Assembly (NCBI GenBank): GCA_965217585.1
Contig: OZ244561.1
Coordinates: forward strand, 6,720,001-6,784,000
Direction: 5' to 3'
DNA from: Candidatus Latescibacterota bacterium
GTDB lineage: Bacteria; Latescibacterota; UBA2968; UBA8231
DNA: 64,000 bases
Below the pieces are notes generated by a model that did no database searches, was not told the DNA's origin, and worked only from the letters and a program-made list of their open reading frames with translations. Below are positions 56,180 through 64,000 of the stretch, in pieces. The stretch's first letter is position 1; the number at the start of each line of letters is the position of its first letter. Made by a program: the position numbers and the translations under genes.

Positions 56180-57280
56180 ATGACCAACGCTACCGAATAC
56201 ATCGGCATGACCCGCGACGCCATCGACACCCCCGTCCTCTTGGTCGATCTCGACGCGCTCGAATACAATATCGCCCAGCTCGCCGAGCACTTCCGCACGG
56301 TGGGCAAAAACCTCCGGCCGCACACCAAGTCGCACAAAACCCCGGCCATCGCCCACCTCCAGCTCACAGCCGGCGCGCAGGGGATCACCTGCGCCAAGGT
56401 CGGGGAGGCCGAGGTCATGGCCGACGCCGGCATCCAAGACATCCTCATCGCCAACGAAGTCGTCGGCCGCCGCAAGATCGAGCGCCTCATGGCATTGGCC
56501 GCTCGTTGCGACATCATGGTCGCGGTCGACGACCCACAAAACCTCGCCGACCTCAACGAGGCCGCCCACGCCTACAAGGTCTGTCCCCGCGTACTCGTGG
56601 AGGTCAACATCGGCCACAACCGCTGCGGCGTCGCGCCCACCGCGGTCGTCGATCTCGCCCGCGCGGCCTCCCAAGCACCGCGCCTGCGCTTCTGCGGCCT
56701 GATGGGCTACGAAGGCCACGTCATCGACCTCGAAGACAAAACCGCCCGCGACGACGGTGCCCACACCTGCCTCCAGCGCCTAGTCGATGCCCGCGACGCC
56801 GTGGAACGCGCCGGTCTCGACTGCTCGATTTGCAGTGCCTCGGGCACGGGCGATTACTACATCAGTACCTCCTTCGACGGCATCACGGAGGTTCAAGCCG
56901 GCTCGTACGCGCTGATGGACGCGGCGTACGCCAAGCTGGACTTGGGCTTCAAAAACGCCCTCAGCGTGCTGACCACCGTTACCAGCCGCCCCGCGCCCGA
57001 GCAGGTCATCACCGATGCCGGCCTAAAAAGCCTGACGCCCGAGCACGGCTTCCCCCTCGTCAAAGGCCGCTCCGACTTGGAATGCCATGCTCTCTCCGAA
57101 GAGCACGGCCGCCTCAAGACCCTAGCCGGCCCTTGCACCGACCTCCACCCCGGCGACCTGCTCGAATTTATCCCCGGCCACGGCTGCACCACCGTCAATC
57201 TCCACGACCACCTCTACGCGCTACGCGCAGGTCGCTTAGAGGCGATTTGGGAAATTGCTGGCCGCGGCAAAGTCCGCTAA
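56180..57280 (+). CDS. DSD1 / D-threonine aldolase family PLP enzyme
   Basis: DTPVLLVD, RPHTKSHK, GLMGYEGH, EVQAGSY..MD, DAGLK, SEEHG, PGHGCTTVN. Confidence 0.92.
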   Translation: MTNATEYIGMTRDAIDTPVLLVDLDALEYNIAQLAEHFRTVGKNLRPHTKSHKTPAIAHLQLTAGAQGITCAKVGEAEVMADAGIQDILIANEVVGRRKIERLMALAARCDIMVAVDDPQNLADLNEAAHAYKVCPRVLVEVNIGHNRCGVAPTAVVDLARAASQAPRLRFCGLMGYEGHVIDLEDKTARDDGAHTCLQRLVDARDAVERAGLDCSICSASGTGDYYISTSFDGITEVQAGSYALMDAAYAKLDLGFKNALSVLTTVTSRPAPEQVITDAGLKSLTPEHGFPLVKGRSDLECHALSEEHGRLKTLAGPCTDLHPGDLLEFIPGHGCTTVNLHDHLYALRAGRLEAIWEIAGRGKVR

Positions 57281-57302
57281 CCACCCAAGAAGCTGCTGTT
57301 GT

Positions 57303-58832
57303 TCATCGTCTCTTCCTAGCCACCGCAGATTCCCAGCTAAGGTTGCGGGACCGATACTGCATCAGCACGCTGCGCCGGTCCTGCTCGCCCATCCACGGAT
57401 AGGCACCATGAGTCTGAGCACCGGCGAGAAAAATAAGCAGGTCCCCCGCTTCCATGCCGATGTGTCGAATCATGTCCATATCGCGATCGGCGGACAGCAC
57501 CCCTTTGGGTATGGGATAGACCCCCTTGTGGCTGCCCGGAATACAACAGAAACCGCCGTCGGCCGCCGTCACATCCCGCAACTGCCAGGCGACGTTGATA
57601 TACTCGCTATAACAGCGGCCATTGCAAAAAGTGTAGTGATTGGTCTCGGACGGGGTGACGCCGCTGGCATGCAGGTGGACCCCCGCCCCGCCGCGCTTAC
57701 TGCAGAGGACTTCGCACTTCGTCACCTCGTAGCCGCTGCCCATCATCCAGTTGAGGCGTTTGATAATCTCCGGATGGGCAATCATCCGCCGAAACGGTTC
57801 GCCGTGAGGCTGGGGCAGACTCCACGCATCCTCGAGCTTCGACCGATGCGTCCCCCGCAGACGAACGCAATCCGGCTCCCCCTCCGTCGATACCGTATCG
57901 ATCCAATCCGCGTTGGCGTCGATCGCCTCGTTGGCCGCGGCCAGCCACGCGGCGTCCATCGCTCCCTTGACCACCAGATGGCCACACAGATCCCAGTAGT
58001 AAAACTCCTTATCGTCAATCGACGGATCGGGATTGCGAATATAGATTGAGGGGTGATGGATAGCCGGCTCCGGTTCCAGACGGCTGGTCTCATCGTCCGC
58101 CCGCACGACTACCGGAGCGCCGCTGCGTTGGGGATCGTGCAGTACTGCTCGTTCCGCCGCCGGCAGATCCCCCGCCCACTCGTAGCAGTCGTCCGCGTCC
58201 AAATTGGACCAGTCGTGGGGCCTAACGTGCTTGTTGACGAATCCGTACGCCAGCGTCCGCTGCGGTTCGGTTCCGCGCCACGTCCGCACCCCGCGCACCA
58301 AGGCATCGGCGCAGAGCAAGAGGTCGCCAGCCTGTAGCCTCGGCTGCTCCGGCAGGTCCATATCGTCGGCACCGGTCAGCACCTCCTGCGGTGTTTCCAC
58401 CTCACTGTTATGGCTGGCCGGAATCAGCACTAGGCCGCCATCGCCCGGGCCGCCATCGTGCAGCACCCACAACGCGGCCAGCCCCTGACAGTGGCGGACG
58501 CCGTTGCGGTGAAAATAGGCCCGCGACCAGTCCATCCACTCGCTGCCACCGCTCAGCCGCTCATCGGTCTTCCCGCCCGCCCCCAGCAACGTCGGTCCCG
58601 CGTCCGGTCGATAGCCCTCCCCGCACAAGGCCTCCGCATAGCCGGCCAGGACCGGGTGGTCGCGCAGTTGCAGCAACGGGTCGCAGGATCCGGCCATAGG
58701 CAACTGGTCGCCGTCGCCGTCGAGCATCTGGTCAATCGCTTTGTTGTAGGTGGCCAATTCACCCGGCGACAGGACGCCGCGCACGACGATGAAGCCGGAA
58801 ATATCGAATCGGTAGCTTTCTTCGTCGTTCAT
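57303..58832 (-). CDS. Tandem two-domain PhyH-family protein
   Basis: Two repeats: YRFDISGFIVV...IPASH...AGDLLL and YYWDLCGHLVV...LHASG...IPGSH...AGDLLIF...THG. Confidence 0.82.
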   Translation of the reverse strand: MNDEESYRFDISGFIVVRGVLSPGELATYNKAIDQMLDGDGDQLPMAGSCDPLLQLRDHPVLAGYAEALCGEGYRPDAGPTLLGAGGKTDERLSGGSEWMDWSRAYFHRNGVRHCQGLAALWVLHDGGPGDGGLVLIPASHNSEVETPQEVLTGADDMDLPEQPRLQAGDLLLCADALVRGVRTWRGTEPQRTLAYGFVNKHVRPHDWSNLDADDCYEWAGDLPAAERAVLHDPQRSGAPVVVRADDETSRLEPEPAIHHPSIYIRNPDPSIDDKEFYYWDLCGHLVVKGAMDAAWLAAANEAIDANADWIDTVSTEGEPDCVRLRGTHRSKLEDAWSLPQPHGEPFRRMIAHPEIIKRLNWMMGSGYEVTKCEVLCSKRGGAGVHLHASGVTPSETNHYTFCNGRCYSEYINVAWQLRDVTAADGGFCCIPGSHKGVYPIPKGVLSADRDMDMIRHIGMEAGDLLIFLAGAQTHGAYPWMGEQDRRSVLMQYRSRNLSWESAVARKRR

Positions 58833-58919
58833 AAGGCATGTCTCCGGGTCCTGGGTCGGTGGTGATCTTACTGCCGCTTGCTCTTCGGTATGTGAAGCTA
58901 CGGTTGGCCGCCCTCAACC

Positions 58920-59675
58920 TCAAGGAACGGACAATACTGGCGGCACTGGGGCGATCTCATGCGTCACCGAAAGCGCAAACGAGGCGCTCGTCACCTCCTT
59001 GGGGCGGTCAAAAGCATCTACCCGCAAGACCATATCCTCGATTTCGACGGTGATCGCTCGCACCTTGGCATGCAGCGGCGCAAATACCACCTTGCCGCTA
59101 TAGGCGTCCCCCTTAAACACAAAGGTGTGCCGCCTGAACAACGCCTCCCGCACCAAGCCCATGCGTTCCTGATAGTAGTAGTCTTCATTGCCGCCCTTGC
59201 CGCGCCGCTCCATGTAGTAGCGCTCAAAACTGTTGTCCGCGTCGCGCTTGAGCACGCCCCAGTATCTGTACTCGCCGCCTCGGTCGGTATGTAGCACCAT
59301 CTTCGCCGGATCGACCATCACCTTGGGATAGCTCTGATTGACCACCGTCATCTCAAAGACGGTAAAGCGCAGCGGCGCATAGCCCCGATCCAAGTCGCGG
59401 TCCTCTCCGTAGGTAAAGGGATTCAGATTCGGCTCGCGGAAGGTAAAACGGGCGTACTCCCGATTCAGGGCCTGATCGCTCAGGTGCCGCAGCTTGAGGC
59501 GGAATCCTTCCTGCTCGAAGACTGTGGTACTATCCTCCGGGTCGAAGTAATAGCGACCATCCTCCAGCAGGCTCTCCTGCGGCACAACCCACAGCGCGTA
59601 GCGCAAATCCGGCGGGAACCGAATGCAGCCGGCCGCCACAAGCAGCGCCAGCATACTCCATCCCCACCTCTTCAT
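58920..59675 (-). CDS. Hypothetical lipoprotein
   Basis: MKRWGWSMLALLVAAG-C lipobox; ATGA overlap with the upstream TPR gene. Confidence 0.7.
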   Translation of the reverse strand: MKRWGWSMLALLVAAGCIRFPPDLRYALWVVPQESLLEDGRYYFDPEDSTTVFEQEGFRLKLRHLSDQALNREYARFTFREPNLNPFTYGEDRDLDRGYAPLRFTVFEMTVVNQSYPKVMVDPAKMVLHTDRGGEYRYWGVLKRDADNSFERYYMERRGKGGNEDYYYQERMGLVREALFRRHTFVFKGDAYSGKVVFAPLHAKVRAITVEIEDMVLRVDAFDRPKEVTSASFALSVTHEIAPVPPVLSVP

Positions 59676-62600
59676 TCCGCCGCCACCTCGCCTAAGTACG
59701 TGCGGCCGATCACCTCCCGATTGCTGCGGGCAAACTCCAAGGCGCGCCATTCTTCCTCTCTTCCCTCTAACGCCGCGACAGCCTCCTCATAGGCTAGAGC
59801 GGCCAAGCGCCAGTTGTCCATCTGGTAATAGGAAACCCCGATATTGCACCGCGCCGCGGCCTCGCTGGGCGTGTTGGGGTAGCGCACGATCACCTCCTCC
59901 AACACCGCGATGGCCCGCACAAACTCGCCCTCGTCGTAGAGCGCCATGCCCTCGCTGTAGAGCGAGTCGGCCTCCGCGTCTGCCAGATAGGCCAACAACT
60001 GGCGCGCTTGTAACGCCTCCGCCGTCTCGGGGAAGCGCTCCACCACTTGCGCGTAGAGCCGCGACGCCTTGAGGAATTGGTGGCCGTTGTAGTAGTAATC
60101 GCCGATGTGCATAAGCCCCTGATGGGCGCGTTCGTGCTGGGGATAATCGCGCGCCAAGCGCAAAAAGAGGTCGCGCATCGGCTCGATCTGTTCAAGCTCC
60201 AACTGACACCAAGCCGCCCCGTACAGGGCCTCGGGCGCGTCCTTGCTGTCCGGGTAGGTGCCCAAGACTCGCTCGTAGGACGACAACGCCCGCTCGTACT
60301 CGGCCTCCCCGTAGTGCAGTTCCCCGATCAGCAACTCGGCCTCAGACGCCTGCGGCTGATCGGGATAGGCCGCGACCAACTCCTCAAAGGCGATCTGCGC
60401 TGCCGCCTTCTCACCCCGCGCCTGGAGACTGTGCCCCAAGTAGAACAGGGCAGCAGCCCGCATCGCACGGCGCGGTGCCACCTCCAAGACCGCGCCAAAC
60501 GCCCTCTCCGCAGCCTCGTAATCACGCTCGCCTAAGGCCACGCTGCCTAGCTCAAAATGGAATTCGGCGGCCTGAGCCGGCACTGATATCCGCGCCAGCC
60601 CCTCTTCCAAGACCGCCCGCGCTGCGGCCAAGCTATCCTGAGCCACCAACGCCCGGCCCAGCAAAAGCCACGCGCGGTCTTCGTGCGCCAGCAAGGGCCG
60701 AACTTGGGCCGCGGCCTGCGCCGCCTCACCTTGATCCAAATACCACTGCCCCAGCCCCAACAAGCCCTCGACGCGGGTGGCTTCACTCGCGGCCATGGCG
60801 CGATAGACTGCTTCCATGCGCTGGCTATCCTCCAAGGTCTGGGCACACGCGCTCATGGCCTGCAACAGGGCGCGCCGCTGGTCGCCAGCCAACACACCCA
60901 CCTGCCAAGCCGCCTCCCACTCCTTCCACGCAGCCTCGTAATGCCCAGTCTTGTACAAGCTCCAGCCCAACCCTACCTGCGCCGCAGCCGCCGTAGCTCC
61001 CTCCAACTGTGGCAGGGCCTCGCGCAACAACGGCAGGGCCTGCTCGTGCTCGCCGCGCCGCTGGTGCAACAACCCCAACTGCGCGGTAAGCTCGGCATTC
61101 GGGGTCTGCGCGACCTGCCGCGCAATCAGATCTATGGCCTCATCGGTCTTTCCCTCCTCGACGTGCAGTTGCGCCAGTTCCAACTGGGCGTACGCGTACT
61201 GGGGCTGGGTCGGGGCGATGGACTCCAGTACCCGACGCGCTTCCTCGCCGCGCCCGGCCTGGCGGTAGCGGCGACCCAACACCAGCGCGGCCAATCCACG
61301 TACATCTTCGTCCGCACATTGGACCAAAATCTGTTCGTAGAGTGCGTCGCTCTGCTCGTGGCGCAGGCGGGCGACCTGCAACAGGGCGCGGCAAGCCAGC
61401 TCCGGGGCGGCCTCCCCGGCCACGACCTGCTCAAACTGCGCTACGGCCGCGGCCGAGTCGCTGAGGGCCTGATGGATCGTCCCCTGCCAAAACAGGGCCT
61501 CCGGTGCCAAGTACGTTCCCACTTCGCCGTACAGGGCCAGCGCCTCGGCAAACCACACTTCGGCACTGTCGGCGACCGCACTCTCCTCCCCCATCAACCG
61601 CAGACACTCCGCCTGGCGGAACACGGCCTCGTCAACGGACACCCCGGCTACATTCGCAAACGCCCTGTAAGCCGTCAGGTAAAGTCGATGCGCCGCCAGC
61701 GCCTCCTCGTAGCGACCCTCGTCAAACAGCAGGCTCATCAACCCGGCCTGCATCCGCGCCCTAAAAGCCGGTCGCTCGGCCTGCTCGGCCGCATAGCGAT
61801 ACACATCCAAGCTGGCATCCACCCCGTGCGTCGTCTGGGCTAAAAGGGCCTGCCGTACCCAAGCCTGCTCGGCAAGGTGCGGCTCCTGCGGAAAGTCCCG
61901 GCTGACCTTCTTGTACGCCGCCAGTGCCTCCGCATAGCGGCCCAGCGCCTTTAGCACATCCCCGCGCTTAATCCACGCTTTGGCCGCCAGCGAACGCCGC
62001 GACTGTCCTTCGCGCAATCCGGCCAAAGCCACCGCCCGCTTTTCCGCATCGGCCATATTCGCCGGATCATACGCATCGGCCAACGCCCCAAACGCCGCTA
62101 GGGCCTCCTCATAGCGCCCCAACGCCTCCAGCGCCAACCCCATCTGCAACCGCGCCCGATCCGCCCGCATCCCCGCTGGTGGGTCCTGCAAATATGCCCG
62201 AAAGGACTCCACCGCCTGCGCGTATTCCTCCTGATAAAACCACGCCCATCCCAAGGTATAGCGCGTCCGCTCGGCATAGCGCCCCTTGGGAAACAAGCGC
62301 AACAACACCTGACCGGCCGCGGCTGCCTGCGCGTACTCCTCGGCCTCAAAAAAGCACTCCACCACGAGGTACGCCGCGGTCTCGCGCAATTCAAAGCCAT
62401 CCTCATCGCGCAGCACAGCAAACCGATCCGCGGCCGCCTGCAAGGACGCCGTGGCCAGTCCCCTCAGCGAATCCGCCTCCACGGAATCGGCTAACGACGC
62501 CTCCTGCCGCCACAACTGCGCCTGCTTGCGGCCCATGTTGGCCAACTGATAGCGCGCGGCCGCTTGGACGCCCACTGCGTGCTCATCCACGACCACGCGC

Positions 62601-62794
62601 ACCGCCGAGGCGCGCATCAGCGCCCCATCCTGCACGGCCAACACGCCCTCGTACACCTGTCGCGCCCCGGCAAAATCGCCGGTGGCCAGCAGCTTTTGCG
62701 CCCGCACAAAGCGCTTGCCCAAGTCCTCTGGATTGGTCACGAACTGGCTGCCGGCCACCAAGCCGGCCAGCACCAAGGGAAGCCAAATAGCCAT
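59672..62794 (-). CDS. Exported tetratricopeptide-repeat protein (BamD/CpoB-like repeats)
   Basis: Signal peptide; many A.Y.LG..Y...Y..A...F..L...YP repeats. Confidence 0.88.
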   Translation of the reverse strand: MAIWLPLVLAGLVAGSQFVTNPEDLGKRFVRAQKLLATGDFAGARQVYEGVLAVQDGALMRASAVRVVVDEHAVGVQAAARYQLANMGRKQAQLWRQEASLADSVEADSLRGLATASLQAAADRFAVLRDEDGFELRETAAYLVVECFFEAEEYAQAAAAGQVLLRLFPKGRYAERTRYTLGWAWFYQEEYAQAVESFRAYLQDPPAGMRADRARLQMGLALEALGRYEEALAAFGALADAYDPANMADAEKRAVALAGLREGQSRRSLAAKAWIKRGDVLKALGRYAEALAAYKKVSRDFPQEPHLAEQAWVRQALLAQTTHGVDASLDVYRYAAEQAERPAFRARMQAGLMSLLFDEGRYEEALAAHRLYLTAYRAFANVAGVSVDEAVFRQAECLRLMGEESAVADSAEVWFAEALALYGEVGTYLAPEALFWQGTIHQALSDSAAAVAQFEQVVAGEAAPELACRALLQVARLRHEQSDALYEQILVQCADEDVRGLAALVLGRRYRQAGRGEEARRVLESIAPTQPQYAYAQLELAQLHVEEGKTDEAIDLIARQVAQTPNAELTAQLGLLHQRRGEHEQALPLLREALPQLEGATAAAAQVGLGWSLYKTGHYEAAWKEWEAAWQVGVLAGDQRRALLQAMSACAQTLEDSQRMEAVYRAMAASEATRVEGLLGLGQWYLDQGEAAQAAAQVRPLLAHEDRAWLLLGRALVAQDSLAAARAVLEEGLARISVPAQAAEFHFELGSVALGERDYEAAERAFGAVLEVAPRRAMRAAALFYLGHSLQARGEKAAAQIAFEELVAAYPDQPQASEAELLIGELHYGEAEYERALSSYERVLGTYPDSKDAPEALYGAAWCQLELEQIEPMRDLFLRLARDYPQHERAHQGLMHIGDYYYNGHQFLKASRLYAQVVERFPETAEALQARQLLAYLADAEADSLYSEGMALYDEGEFVRAIAVLEEVIVRYPNTPSEAAARCNIGVSYYQMDNWRLAALAYEEAVAALEGREEEWRALEFARSNREVIGRTYLGEVAAE

Positions 62795-64000
62795 TAGCGA
62801 TCGTATCCGGCGATGACCGAGATGAAAAACCGCGACACCCCGCCGTCGCGCGTCCGCGACACCGCCGGGTCGGCAAATTCCTCGTGGCGCAACTCAATCC
62901 CGGTGTTGGAAACAATGGTGTAGCCGATGTACGTGCCCCGCACCGTGAACATCAGCACCGAACTCGCCGAGCGCAGTTCGCGCTCCCGATCCACCCGGTC
63001 AATAAAGCGGAAGGCCAGCACGGGCAACAACGTGCGCGTAAACGGCACCCCCATCCCCTGCTGGCCAAATTGCACCAACGTATTCTCCGTCAGCGTCCAA
63101 TCCACGCGCAAGATGGGCGCGATCTGGTTCCACGACTCCACCGCCCGCCGTCGGTCGCTGGCAGTGACGTGCTTGTACAGATGCTTAATCATGGCTTGGA
63201 CGCGCAGACGGGCCAACTCATAGGTGTAGTCGGCCTTGTTGACCATCGTGAGGGTCTGCACGCGGGCATCCGCCGCCAACTGCCGGTTCAAGATCCACTG
63301 GGCGTTGTTTTCAAGGTGGAGCTGGTCCAGCCGCGCCAAGCGGGTGCCGACAAACGAGGTGTGCACCCACGAGTCGGCCATCAGCAAGGCATCGGGCGTG
63401 GGGGGCTGGTTCGGGTTATTGTTCTCACCGGCGCGGAACACATACACCGAATCCGGCACCGTGTCCTCGACCCGCTTGCTGTCGTGGTCGAGCTGGACTT
63501 GCCCCCAACGCGGCACGTCAAAGCCATAGGACACTCGCCCGTAGCGCGACACGGCCCGCCCCGGCCCGGCGATCTCGTCCTGGCGATAGTAGCCCAGCCC
63601 AGCCGATAGGCCGCGCCAACCCGGCAGGGCGACAAACCCGTGCAGGCCGCGCCGGTCGCGGTCGTAGGGGTAGTCGGGCTTGTTGTCGTTTTCGCGCTCG
63701 TCAATGACGCCGTTGTTGTTCAGGTCAATGCCATAGACAAACTCCTGCGGGTCGGAGTAGTAGAGCAAAAACGGCTCCTCAAAATCGGGCACCCCATTGG
63801 CGTTTTTGTCGTCGTCGGGGATGTTGTCGTTGTCCTCGTCTAGCCCGGGAAATACGCCAGACTCGGTCTCCGAGCCGTTGGGATAATCGCGCAAGTTGTC
63901 GTCGGCGTAGCGGTCGTTGTCGTCGTTGTCATCGACCAAGGGAAACTCGGACAACATCTGCTGGTCTTGGCTTTCCCCGCCCAAGTCCGTGTAGAGCCGC
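62794..64000 (-). CDS. Large hypothetical outer-membrane-type protein with Asp-rich repeats (5' end outside window)
   Basis: DDNDDND, GLDEDNDNIPDDDKNANGVPD, DLNNNGVID followed by amphipathic beta strands. Confidence 0.65.
   Translation of the reverse strand, partial: RLYTDLGGESQDQQMLSEFPLVDDNDDNDRYADDNLRDYPNGSETESGVFPGLDEDNDNIPDDDKNANGVPDFEEPFLLYYSDPQEFVYGIDLNNNGVIDERENDNKPDYPYDRDRRGLHGFVALPGWRGLSAGLGYYRQDEIAGPGRAVSRYGRVSYGFDVPRWGQVQLDHDSKRVEDTVPDSVYVFRAGENNNPNQPPTPDALLMADSWVHTSFVGTRLARLDQLHLENNAQWILNRQLAADARVQTLTMVNKADYTYELARLRVQAMIKHLYKHVTASDRRRAVESWNQIAPILRVDWTLTENTLVQFGQQGMGVPFTRTLLPVLAFRFIDRVDRERELRSASSVLMFTVRGTYIGYTIVSNTGIELRHEEFADPAVSRTRDGGVSRFFISVIAGYDR

Noticed and set aside
58861-58886. 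Duplicate of the LarA-like gene 3' end
   Set aside because: Only a 10-nt core (tgccgcttgc) matches, plausible by chance
91-63843. Numerous antisense and shifted-frame ORFs in the track
   Set aside because: Shadow ORFs of high-GC genes with Arg/Pro/Ala-rich composition and no motifs

Overview
High-GC bacterial window. Its gene content (many PhyH-family dioxygenases, FlgD-Ig secreted proteins, GH10-like TIM barrels, TPR/lipoprotein cluster) resembles Latescibacterota/Poribacteria-type sponge symbionts; this is inferred from gene content only. The left core block is hrcA (partial), glnA, hemC, cobA-hemD and an AIR-synthase-like gene. About 42 kb of mosaic accessory DNA follows (6145-47846), lying between two genes that appear to have been neighbours: the AIR-synthase-like gene and an iron-ADH gene. 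It contains diverged direct repeats of gene ends and promoters but no integrase. Its cargo includes a 1640-aa STAND-like ATPase with a C-terminal PLD-type domain inside hsdR debris, three TA modules and sugar-acid/dioxygenase genes. The best candidate for a new system is missed by the ORF track: an exported beta-barrel-like protein (15296-15964) with two in-frame UGA codons forming U-V-G-U, followed by a SECIS-like hairpin and paired with a YHS-thioredoxin gene. A second accessory block (50334-56179) holds mazEF, a type II RM pair, an HxG-motif PhyH, a solitary type I-E CRISPR repeat and an AAA/PD-(D/E)XK gene. All calls come from reading the sequence; no searches were run.
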